Shown: positions 23,993 through 35,735 of the stretch, one piece after another | Layout: the number at the start of each line of letters is the position of its first letter | Numbering within the stretch: position 1 is the stretch's first letter | NCBI GenBank assembly: GCA_035221665.1 | Contig: CM069156.1 | Coordinates: 41,726,001-41,790,000 of the forward strand | Length of the DNA: 64,000 bases | Source: Okamejei kenojei | Lineage: Eukaryota | Direction of reading: 5' to 3' | Notes under the pieces: generated by a model | What the model was told of the DNA's origin: nothing | Database searches by the model: none | What the model saw: the letters and a program-made list of their open reading frames with translations, nothing else | Translations under genes and position numbers: made by a program

Positions 23993-24599
23993 CACTATGG
24001 ACATAACGGTTGATCCAAGACACCTCACTTCGCATATTCACGCTCACCGATGACTTAACTGATCACAAGGAATCAGTAATCAATCCAGTCACTCAGAGAA
24101 GAGCTACAATGGGCCTGTTCCTTTACTTGCTACAAACACGGGTGACTCTCTCCACGTCGCTGTCTTGCATAATCCCCAGGCACCCGAATTCCTCAGTGCA
24201 GAAGCATCGGGGGGGGAGGAATTCGTACTGCCCACAGCCGCTTGCGTGCCTGGTCCAGAGACTGCGGTCGAATGTCAGATTGTTGTCAAACATTACAACA
24301 GGCTCCTGATCAGTTGTGCTAGTGGACTGAGGAATGGGACTGAAGTCAGACTATAGTTCCTGCTATTCTGCTTTGCTCCCTTGTTGTGCAGCGGGGTAAT
24401 ATTGGCAATTTTCCAATGATCTGAAACCTCTCCTGTCTATTGAAATTCTTGAAATATCTCTGTCAATGCTTCCACAACAAAGCCACCTCTTTCAGGACCC
24501 TAGGGTACAGTCCATCTGGTTTAGGTGACCTATCCTCCTTCAGCCCTTTCAGCTTCCCTAGTACCTTCTTCTTAGTAATAGCCGCTCCACAAACTTCAA

Positions 24600-27040
24600 C
24601 ACCTGGCTCTCTTGAATTTCAGGCACGTTGCCGGTGTCTTCCACTGTGAAGACTGCAGCAAAAAAGTTGACATTTCTTTATTCCCCATTATCACTTCTCC
24701 TGTATCATTTTCCAGCGGCCCAACTTCCACTCTAGCCTTTGTTACTCTTTATATAACTGAAGAAACTCTTCCTATCCTCTTGTATATTATTGGTTACCTT
24801 ACTTACATATTTCACCTTTTCTCCTGTATTGCCTTTTAAATTACCTTCTGTTGTTCTTTAAAAGCTTCCCACTCATTTGGTTTCCTATTAATATTTGCTA
24901 TATGCCTTCTCTTTTTCTTTTAGTGAAATTCTTTATTTTGCATAAAATTCAGTAAAACCATACTATACATAATCACAATAATTAATAAGCATTTAAATGC
25001 GTTGGTGGGAATGTAAGATTAGTGGACTTCAATGAGACAGTTCACAGATTTGCAAAGCAGGTCAGGCAGCATCTCTGGAGAACGTGGGTCGGAGACATCG
25101 GGAACCTTCTGCACACTGATGCAGTCTGCTGAGTCAGTCCAGCATTTTGTGTCGTTAGACCTTAAAACTTGGCGCCAATGCAACTGGTCTTCATCAGCGG
25201 GCCCTTCTTGGCGTGGCTGTTATCGTGGCTCATGTTGTAGTGCTGGCCGACAACGCTTTTTTCAGTCTGCTGCCAACGACAAGTCTCATTCTGTCACCGT
25301 GGGGCTGACCTGTTGCCGCCTCCAAAGTTGAGTATGTTGGTGACTGGGGGGAAATAATGAGTATCTGGTGGGGGTGGGGTAGAGGCCAAGTGGGCAGTGG
25401 CGGTCAAGACGGGAGCGGACAAACGTACCGCCAACACAAGAAGCAGCAGCAGGTGAGAGCCCCACAGTCAGTGACTGAAAGTATCTGTCAGTGGCAGCTG
25501 CCCAAAGAAAGCATTACAAGGTGAGCCGCAACAACAGATGCGTCACTCAGACCTTGCTATAGGTGAAGAAGGGCTCGCTAGTGCACCTTGCAAGTTGGAG
25601 GTGGGGTTGGATGCCGGGGCTCTGAACGGCTGGTGAGATGGTTCCAGCCTGGATGGCGCGAGCAGGTCCGTCCGCTGTATCCGAAATCCACTATAACGGG
25701 CTACATTAGAACGAGGGTTTACAGTACTCAGCTGGTCGGGAAGCATCTCCTGGGGAGCAAGTGAAATGTCTCAGATCTGCTTCTCTCTCCACATAAGTTG
25801 CCTGAGCTGTTGATGATTCCTAGCATGGTCCGTCTTTGTCTCGGAATTCCAGCTTCTGTAAATTTAGTGTTCCATATAAAGGTTGGCACCTGAGATTAAG
25901 GACCGGTGAAGCAGCGTCTATCCGTACTTGCTGGTTCAGCAGAAAGACAGGTAATCTCATCGGCTTTCCAGTCTGAAGAAGGGTCCTGATTCGATTGCAA
26001 CAGCCGATGCATCAACTCTCTATTTCTCCAGAGATGCTGCCTGAGGTACCACTGGGTTACTGCAGCACTTTGTGTCGTTTGTGTAACCAGTTTCTCTTCT
26101 GCAAAAATCTTGTTTATTCATAGGCTTCTCTTGTGGCTTTCAGGTTAATCTGGAGACATGGAGAAAGTGGTGATAGTATCAAATTAACAGATGCTTCGTC
26201 TCTGCCATTCCTATGTGGATCTGCAGCCTCTCTTCCAGCTTTCTCACTCCTTCTACAGTCAGTCTGAAGGGACCCAACCCGAAACATCATGTCCTCCAGA
26301 GATGTTTCCTGAAATGTTGAGTTGCTCCAGCACTTTGTGTTTTATCCACGATTCCAGCACCTGCGGTTTCTTGTGGCTCTGGATCTGCGAGCTGATTAGT
26401 GGGCCTCACTGATCACCAACTGTGGACATTGGAGCCTTCTCTTCCAACTCGCCGGGCAATGAACAGAGTGTGTGTTAATGCTTTGCTCCGCCACTTCCCT
26501 GACTCAGTTTTAGCATTCTCAACCTCATGTTCAAATCACTCCGAGACCCTCATTCCCTCTCTTTCTCTGGAACCTCTTCCAGTCCTACAACCCTCTGAAA
26601 CCTTTGCTCTTCTCTATCTATGGTCCCAATTGAAATCATCATATCTCTGCACTCTCCAACTACCCACAGTGGTTTGGTTGCCTCGACTCTCAGCTCTAAG
26701 CTTGCCCCACTGAACCTCCACTGCCCCTTTCACGCCATTATGTAATTTTGCTCCTAATCTCACACAGTTAGTCTGGTTCAGTAAAACACTGAGTCAAGTC
26801 TGGATCAACTAACTTCTTCACTTCTCAAACACAAAAACACTTCCTATACGATACCTAACCAACACCGTGGGTGCTATCCTTCTCTCTATTCATCCACGCC
26901 CTTCAGCCTCGTGCGAATAGACACCTCCAGATGGTCAGCACGGTCCTAGAAGATTGACTCAGTCTCACGTGGTCTCCTCTTTTATACCATCGGACCCGTG
27001 GCATGAGATATATGGGGGGAGGGGTGCAAAGCCCTTCGAG
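24600..27040. repeat. Segmental duplication block Y (copy 1)
   Basis: Colinear with ~41105-44040. Copy 2 has ~545 extra bp at ~41425-41970. Confidence 0.9.
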
Positions 27041-28229
27041 CATGCCCCACTGTGATGGAAGTCAAATAATTTATCCCTAATTTCCTCCTTTTCTCCCAGC
27101 TCCACGATATGAAAGCCGTTGTGCAGACGAGATACGTTGAAAAAGTTGCATCTCCGTCGAGGAAAGAGTTAAAAGAAGGTCCCCCCCCCCCCCACCCCCC
27201 ACCCACATAATACAAAATGTATGTACACTAAAAACATACAAGTAAACACAAACCAAAACAGCAATCTCTAACCTGAAAATGTTTCATCTTTGGTTGGACA
27301 TAGAACATAGAACAGTGCAGCACAGGAACAGGCCCGCAATGCACAAGTCTCTTACCGCTAAATTCCCTATCCGCGATTAACTATATACCAATCGTCAAAT
27401 TCTAAATCTTCAACTATAGGTTTAATCTTCGGTTGTGTAAAAGCTTCAAGTTTGTGAAGATTTGATTAATATCAGGGTAAACTGGTTTCAGACATTCGTA
27501 TTGACTATTGTGGTCTGAGCCGGCAGGCCATTCTGTCCATCGCTTCTATCCCACCGGTCGATCAGATCAAAGTTGCTCGGTATCACATTGATCAACCCCG
27601 CGCAAACACTCTCTGCCCGCAGAAACACTCTCTGTCTGTCCGCAGCGAAACTGTCTCATCAATGAACAGGTTCCGATCTGGGATTGGGAAAACCTTGCAG
27701 GAAACATGACGCATCTGTACTTTGCCTGTTTAAAATTTAAAATAAAACGAATCCCTAAAATGCATAACACCCATTGACTGGCGACCGTTTCCCAAGAGCA
27801 GCCGGGACGCGAGCCTGGAGAATCGCGATCCGCCTCAAACAGTTGGGTCAGGCTTTGCGAAAACTAAGATTATTAGGACATTGATGATACATCAGTACAG
27901 CACGTGAACAAACCCTTCGGCCTGCCAGACCAGTCGCAGACGCGAACAAAAGCTCCTCTCCGTGCACATAATCCATCCCACCCTTTCCATACCTTCCATA
28001 TCCCACATTTCCTCGGATATACAAATGTGTCTTAAACGCCACTGTCTCAACCACCGCTCCCGGAAGCGTGATCCAGGCATCCACCAACCTCTGTGTAAAA
28101 CCCCCTGCCCCACACATTTGATTCATACTTTGCCACTCTCACGTTTAAAACTGTACCCTCTAGTATTTGACTTGGGTACAATACAGTATAATACAGTATA
28201 ATACAATTTGATTTGGGTACAATACAGTA

Positions 28230-29170
28230 TAATATTGATAAATGTGAGGTTATCCACTTTTGCGGCAAAAACAACGGGGCAGATTATTAGTGTTAACGAA
28301 GAAACTGCAGATGCTGGAGAATCGAGGGTTACACAAAATGCTGGAGAAACTGAGCGGGTGCAGCAGCATCTAAGGAGCCAAGGAGATAGGCGACGTTTCG
28401 GGTCGAGACCCTTCTTATTATCTCAATGGGGTTAGGTTAGGTAAGGGGAAGATATAGCGAGGCCTGGGTGTTCTTGTACACCGGTCACTGAAAGTTGGCT
28501 TACAGGTACAGCAGGCAGTGACGAAAGCTAATGGAGTGTTGGCCTCCATAACAAGAGGATTTCAAAATAGGAGTAAAGAGGTTCTTCTGCAGTTGTATCG
28601 GGCTCTGGTGAGACCACATCTGGAGTATTGCGTACAGTTTTGGTCTCCTAATTTGAGGAAGGACATCCTTGTGATTGAGGCAGTGCAGCGTAGGTTCACG
28701 AGATTGATCCCTGGGATGGCGGGACTGTCATATGAGAAAAGATTGAAAAGACTAGGCTTGAGTTTAGAAGGATGAGGGGGGGTCATATAGAAACAAATCA
28801 AATTATAAAAGGACTGAACAAGCTAGATGCAGAAAAAATTGTCCCAATGTTGGGCGAGTCCGGAACCAGGGGCCACAGTCTTAGAATATGGGAGAGGTCA
28901 TTTAAGACTGAGATAAGAAAAAACTTTTTCACCCAGAGAGTTGTGAAATGATGGAATTCCCCGCCACAGAGAGCAGTGGAGGCCAATTCACTGGATGGAT
29001 TTAAGAGAGAGTTAGATGGAGCTCTAGGGGCTAGTGGAATCAAGGGATATGGGGAGAAGGCAGGCACGGGTTATTGATTGGGGACGATCAGCCATGATCA
29101 CAATGAATGGCGGTGCTGGCTTGAAGTGCCGAATGGCCTCCTCCTGCACACATTTTCTATGTTTCTATGT
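28230..29170 (+). mobile_element. CR1 3' portion with (TTCTATGT)n tail, interrupted by a Penelope-derived insert
   Basis: ORF LYRALVRPHLEYCVQFWSPNLRKDI. Tail ttctatgtttctatg at ~29155-29170. Confidence 0.9.
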
Positions 29171-30981
29171 TATGGATTCTAATTGTTGATACTATTTGTG
29201 CCTCTTAACTTTATATACGTCTATTAGGAGTCCCCGCAACTTCCAGCGTTCCAGAGAATGCAACCACGTAGCTCAAATTTCTTACAGCAGTTGACAATCC
29301 AGGCATCGGCCTGTTGAATGTTTTATAGGAAGCTAATCCACACGGCCCCAGTACATCACTGCAGGAGTTCCTCGAAAGAGCGAGCAGAGCCCAACATCTA
29401 CAGCGCTTTCACCATTCCCATCCCACCGGCCCATTCTGGGATCACATGGCAGTTGTATTCATTGTACTTTCCATATCGAATCGTAGAGCAGCGAAACCCT
29501 TGCCCTTCGACCCACCTTGTCAACGCGAGTCCCAGTGCATGCATTTAGCCCTCATCTTTCCAAATCCTTTCAATCCACATATCTGTTCAAATATATTTCG
29601 AAAGTCATAATTGTATCCCATTCTTTCCTTATAATGGAGTGTGGGGCAGTATCGCTGAACATCCATTTACAGTTCATGTGCCATTAATCGCCTCGTTCAA
29701 CAAAGAGTCTGTCCACCAAGCTGTGATATCCAATGACACATCACTGCAGAATCCACCGTCATTAACATCCAGAGGTGACCATTGGCCATAAATTAAACCG
29801 GATTAATTAAATCAAGATGTGCAAATAATATTTCACACAGAAAGTGGTGGGTTGATGGAACGTGCTGCCAGAGGAGATAGTTGAGGCAGAACGAGAGTAG
29901 AATTTCAAATATATTTGTACAGGTACATGGATATGAAAGTTTCGGATAGATTTGGGCCCAACGCAGGCAGGTGGGACGAGTGGAGAAGGGGCAACATGAA
30001 CGGCACAGCTCGGTCGAAGCGCCTGTTACTGTGCTGTGTGACTCTATGACTCTATGACTAATGTTACCCGATCCCAGGACCAAAGGTTTAGGGTGATATG
30101 GCGAGAGATTTCTTTCGGGTTAGGCCGATGACGATCCAGGAATCAGCAGTGTGTTGGGATGCAACCCACGTGGGTGAGGGGTCAATTCCCCCGCGCTCCT
30201 GGACAACTTGGCCCCATCCTGACCAACGGGTTGGGTCTGCGCCACCAACCTGAGAATCCATGCCCTACGCCACTCGCGCATGGGCATTCAGCGTGAGGCG
30301 TTCCATCAGAAATAAACACATGGGTATGACAGTTCGTTACTCTTCCCAGCAATCACCAGGCTCTTGGACACCCTGCCGCAGTGGAGCAACGGGTGGAGCT
30401 GCTGCCTCACAGCGCCAGAGACCCAGGTTTCTGATCTCGGGTGCTGTCTGTGAGGAACTGCTTCTCCCTGTGTCCGCGCTAGTTTTCTCCCGGTGTTCCA
30501 GGTTCCTCCCACATGCCCCCCAAAATGCTGGTCTTTAGATAATGCAAAGGTCGGATAACATGGAACATGTGTGTATGAGTGATGTTTGGTCAGCCTGTTT
30601 CCATATTGATCCTTTAAACTAAAATGCGCACAACACAAACCGCTACCGCAGCAACTGTGATATTGTCTGATTTTTGTTGCACAATGGGCTTCGGTTTTCT
30701 ACTTTTGTGGTCACCTTGTATAACTGTTCAGTAATTGATTGTATTATTGATTACTGTATATTTTCTCCGCGTTAATACGTCAATGGGTCTATCAAGGTAT
30801 CAAAAGTGACAATATCAATGTTCCTTTCTCTATGCATTTGAGCATTAAATACTATTAGGGTACGGGGTTCCTCGCGCCTCGGCTCGACCTTGTTCAACGT
30901 GAAGGTGGCTGATCATTTACCCGAGTGCTACCCTCCCGCACGAAACCCATAGCATCAATTCCCCTCACAGACCTACAAATA

Positions 30982-33520
30982 CAGTGGCTTGCAAAAAGTT
31001 TTCATACCCTTGAACTTTTTCTCCACAATTTTGTCACGTTACAACACAAACGTAAATGTATTTTATTGGGTTTTATGTGGATCGACCAACACAAAGAGGC
31101 GCATAATTGTGAAGGTGAAGGAAATGATACATGGTTTTCATTTTTTTTTTTACATATAAAAAAACTGAAAAGTGTTGCGCTGACTAAAGCATTCAGACAG
31201 CCGCCTTTTTTAGCCGATACAAACCTAAATAAAATCCAGTGCAACCATTGCCTTCAGAAGTCAGCTAATTAGTAAATAGAGTCCCACTTGTGTGTAATCC
31301 CTAATCTCAGTATAAATACAGCTGTTCTGTGAAAGGCCTCGAGGTTTGTTAGAGAACATTAGTGAACAAACAGCATCACGCAGCCCAAGGAACAAAACCG
31401 GACAGGTCAGGGATAACGTTGTGGAGAAGTTTAAAGCAGGTTTATGTTATAAAAAAACATCTCAAGCTTTGAACATCTCACGGAGCACTGTTCAATCCAT
31501 CATTCGAAAATGGAAAGAGTATGGCACAACTGCAAACATAGAGACATAGAACATAGTGAACAATAGGATGCAGGATTTGTAGGGCCATTTGTCTCTTCGA
31601 GCCTGCACCGCCTTTCAATATGATCATGGCTGATCATGCAACTCAGTTCCCCCTGATCCCTTTAGCCACAAGGACCAAATCTAACTCCCTCTTAAATATA
31701 GTCAACGAACTGGCCTCAACTAACAGAGAATTCCACGGATTCACCACTCTCTGTGTGAAAAATGATTTTCTCATCTCGGTCCTAAAAGACTTCCCCCTTA
31801 TCCTTAAACTGTGACCCCTTGTCCTGGACTTCCCCAACATCGGGAACAATCTTCCTGCATCTAGCCTGTCCAACCCCTTAAGAATTTTGTAAGTCTCTAT
31901 GAGATCCCCCGTCAATCTTCTAAATTCCAGCGAGTACAAGCCGAGTCTATCCAGTCTTTCTTCATATGGAAGTGCTGCCATCCAGGAATCAGTCTGGTGA
32001 ACCTTCTCTGTACTCCCTCTAATGGCAAGAATGACCTTTCCTCAGATTAGCAACAGGACCATAACTGTACGCAATACTCCAGGTGTGGCCTCACCAAGAC
32101 CCTGCTAACAACTGCAGTAGAACTCTCCCTGCTCTTGTACCTCCAATCCTTTTGCTATGAATACAAAACATATACCATTTCGCTTTCGCTTCACAGAGCC
32201 TGCTGCACCTGCATGCCTACTTTCAATGACTGGTGTACCATGACATCCAGGTCTCGTTGCATCTCCCCTTTTCCGAATCGGTCACAATTCAAATAATCTA
32301 TCCTACTATCCTGTTTTTGCCACCAAATAATAGTCGACTTTTCTGTTTTTGCCATCAAATAATAGTCCCAATTAATGTATTTGCCACCAACAAACCTTAC
32401 CAAGACATGGTCGTCCACCTAACTGGCAGGCCAGGCAAAGGAGGAGGCATTGATCAGAGAAGCAGCAAGAGGGCCCATGGTAACTCTGGAGGAGCTTGCC
32501 GTCCACAGCTCAGGTGGGAGAATCTGTCCACAGTAAACTACTTTAGTCGTGCACTTCACAATACGAGCATTTATGGAAGAGTGGCAAGAAGAGAAAGCCA
32601 TTGTTGAAACAAAGCCATAATAAGTCCCGTTTGCAGTTGGCCACAAGCCATGTGGGGACACAGCAAAACATGTAGAGGAAGGTGCTCTGGTCTGAATGAT
32701 ACCAAAATTGAAGTTTTGGCCCCGAAATGCAAAACGCTAAGGGTGTGTGTCGGCAAACAAACACTGCACATCACCCTGATCACACAACCATCCCCACTGT
32801 GAACATGGATGGTGGCAGCATCATGCTGTGGGGAAGCTTTTCTTCAGCAGGGACAAGGAAGCTGCTCAGAGTTTGATGGGGAAGATGGATGGAACCAAAT
32901 ACAGGCATCTTGAAGAAAACTGTTAGAGTCTGCAAAACACTTTCAGACTGGGGCGGAGGTTCACCTTCCAGTAGGACAACGACCAAAACATACATGCCAG
33001 AACTTACAATGGAATGGTTTAGATCAAATGCATTATTCATGTGCTCGAATGGCCAGTACCAAAGTCCAGACCTAAATCCAATTGAGAATCTCTGGCAAGA
33101 CTTGAAAAATTGCTGTTCACCGGCGCTCTCCATCCAATCTGACTGAGCTTGATCTATTTTCCAGAAGCATGGGCAAACATTTCAGTCTCTAGGATGTGCA
33201 AGCTGGTTAGTAGCATATACCCCCAAAGACCTGCAGCGTAATTGTAGGGGGGGGGGGGGGGGGGGGGGGGGCGAAAGGTGGGTCTACAAAGTATTGAACC
33301 CAGGGGGCAGAATACTTTTGCACGCCACACTTTTCAGTTTTTTATTTGTAATAATATTTGGAAACCATGTATCATTTTCCTTCCACTTCAAAATTATGCA
33401 CCACTTTGTGTTGATCTCAAATCCCCACAAAACCCAATTAAAAATACATTTACGTTTGTGGTTGTAACGTGACAAAATGTGGAAAAGTTCAAGGGGTATG
33501 AAAACTTTTCAAAGCCACTG
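30982..33520 (+). mobile_element. Tc1 transposon, copy 2 (same flanks as copy 1), split by a CR1 insertion
   Basis: TIRs and TA flanks (33521-33522). Same flanking sequence as 18522-20127. QSPDLNPIENLWQDLK motif. Confidence 0.92.
31537..32390 (-). mobile_element. CR1 3' fragment inserted in Tc1 copy 2
   Basis: CATAGA tail at 31537. ORF YEERLDRLGLYSLEFRRL. Tc1 resumes at caaacc.taccaagacatgg, with an apparent CAAAC duplication. Confidence 0.88.
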
Positions 33521-33847
33521 TACATCTAAAATCTATTCAATCGTGGCGTGGCAGTTGAGCTACTGCCAGAGACCCGGTTCGATCCTGACTACGGGTACTT
33601 GTCTGTACCGAATCAGTACGTTCTCCCCAAGAGCTGCGTAGGTTTTCCTCGCGATCTTTTGTTTCCCCCCCACACTCCAAAAGCATAGAGATGTGTAGGT
33701 TAATTGGCTTGGTATAAATGTAAATTGGCCCCAGTGTGTGTAGGATAGTGTAAGTGTGCGGGGGTCGCTGGTCGGTGCGGACTCGCTGGGCCGATGGGAC
33801 GTGTCTCTAAAGAAAACTAATTAAAATATGTATTGTACAAACCAAGC

Positions 33848-35735
33848 AATTCGAGCCAGCACCGCCATTCAATGTGATCATGGCTGAGCATCCATATTCA
33901 GTACCCCGTTCCTGCCTTCTCCCCATATCCCTCGATTCCGCCAACCCTAAGAGCCCTATATAAATCTATTTTCAATGTATCCAATGAATCGACCTCCACT
34001 GCCTTTTGAGGCAGAGATTTCCACAAATTCGCAATACTCTGGGTGAAACCGTTTTCCCTCATCTGCGTTCGACAATATGGCCAATTACCCAAAAATACTT
34101 AAACTGTGGCCCCCCTGGTTCTGGACTCCCCCAAAATATAATAACCATATAACAATTACAGCATGGAGACAGGCCCTCTCGGCCCTTCCAGTCCGTGCCG
34201 ACCATTTGTTTTCCCCTAGTCCCATCTACCTGCACTCAGACCATACCCCTCCATTCCTTCACCCCGTCCATATACCTATCCACTTTACTTTTGCAAAATG
34301 TTAAAATCGATCCATGCCTCACCACCTCTGCTTGAAGCTCATTCCACACAGCCACCACCCTCTGAGTAAAGAAGTTCCCCCTCACGTTACCCCTAAACTT
34401 CTGTCCCTTAATTCTCATGTCATGCCCTCTTGTTTGAATCTTCCCTACCCTCAATGGGAAAAGCTTATCCACGTCAACTCTGTCTATCCCTTTCATCATT
34501 TTAAAGACCTCAATCAAGTCACCCCTTAACATTCTGCGCTCCAAGACCTAACTTGTTCAACCTTTCTCTGTAACATAGTTGCTGGAACCCTGGCAACATT
34601 CTAGTAAAATTCGGGAACATGTTCTCTGTATCTAGCTTGTCCAATCCCTTAATAATTGTATATGTTTTTATAAGATCCTCTCTCATCCTTCTAAACTCCA
34701 CTAAATACAAGCCCAGTCCTCAAATTCTTTCATCATATGACAGTCCCGCCATCCCTGGAATTAACCTAGTGAACCTAAGCTGCACTCAATTGGAAGAATG
34801 GCCTTCCTCAAATTAGGAGATCAAAACTGCACGCAATACTCCAGGGGTGGTCTCACAGGGGCCCTTTACAACTGCAGAAGGACCTCTTTGCTCCAATACT
34901 CAAATCCTCTCGTTATGTAGGCCAACATGCCATTAGCGTTCTTCACTGCCGGATGTGCCTGCATGCTTATTTTCAGTGACTGATGTACAAGGACACCCAG
35001 GTCTCGTTGCACTTCCCCTTATCCTGCAACATTCTGACTACATTCAGATGGTAATCTGCCTTCTTGTTCTTGCCACCAAAGTGGATAAACTCACATTTAT
35101 CCACTTTATACTGCATCTGCCCACTCACCCAACTTATCCAAGTCACCCTGCATCCTCATAGCATCCCCTTCACAGTTCACACTGCCACCCAGCTTTGCGA
35201 CATCTGCACATTTGCTAATGTTACTTTTAATTCCTTCATCTAACTCATTTATATATATTGCAAATAGCTGCGGTCCCAGCACCGAGCCTTGCGGCACCCC
35301 ACTAGTCACTGCGTGTCATTCTGAAAGGGACACGTTAATTCCTACTCTTTGTTTCCTGTCTGCCAACCAATTTTATTTCCATGTCAATACCCTACCCCCA
35401 AAACCATATGTTCTAATTGTGCCCACTAATTTCCTGTGTAGGACCCTGTCAAAGGCTTTTCGAAAGTCCTGATACACTACATCTACTGGCTCTCCCTTAT
35501 CCATATCTCTTGATACATCTTGAAAAAATTCCAGAAAATTACTCAAGCAAGATTTCCCCTTCATAAATCCATGGTGACTTGGACCGATCCTGTTACTGCT
35601 ATCCAAATGCGCCGCTATTACATCTTTATTAATTGACTCCAGCATCTTCCCCACCACTGGTGCCAGGCTAACTGGTCCATAATTTCCTGTTTTCTCTCTC
35701 CCTCCTTTCTTAAAAAGTGGGATAACAGTAGCTAT
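33848..35735 (-). mobile_element. CR1 fragment (paralogue of 20460-21865) with a nested (CCATATAA)n-tail CR1 at ~34135-34610
   Basis: ORFs [25 protein letters not shown], and ERRMLRGDLIEVFKMMKG (nested copy). Confidence 0.88.

Larger units (their letters stand above)
16363..24167. repeat. Segmental duplication block X (copy 1)
   Basis: Colinear with 27045-37708, including unique sequence, the same Tc1 insertion site, and the same SINE and CR1 fragments. Partly divergent at 23080-23834 and interrupted by the gap. Confidence 0.9.

Noticed and set aside
23685-24053. ORFs spanning the N run
   Set aside because: Artefacts of translating Ns.
27045-27900. Second IgL gene expected beside block X'
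   Set aside because: No leader, V, J or C motifs found on either strand near X' or elsewhere in the window.
33246-33271. Long G/C runs (also ~11668, ~22768) as G-quadruplex elements
   Set aside because: The 33246 run is absent from the paralogous Tc1 and run lengths differ between copies; likely homopolymer error or slippage.
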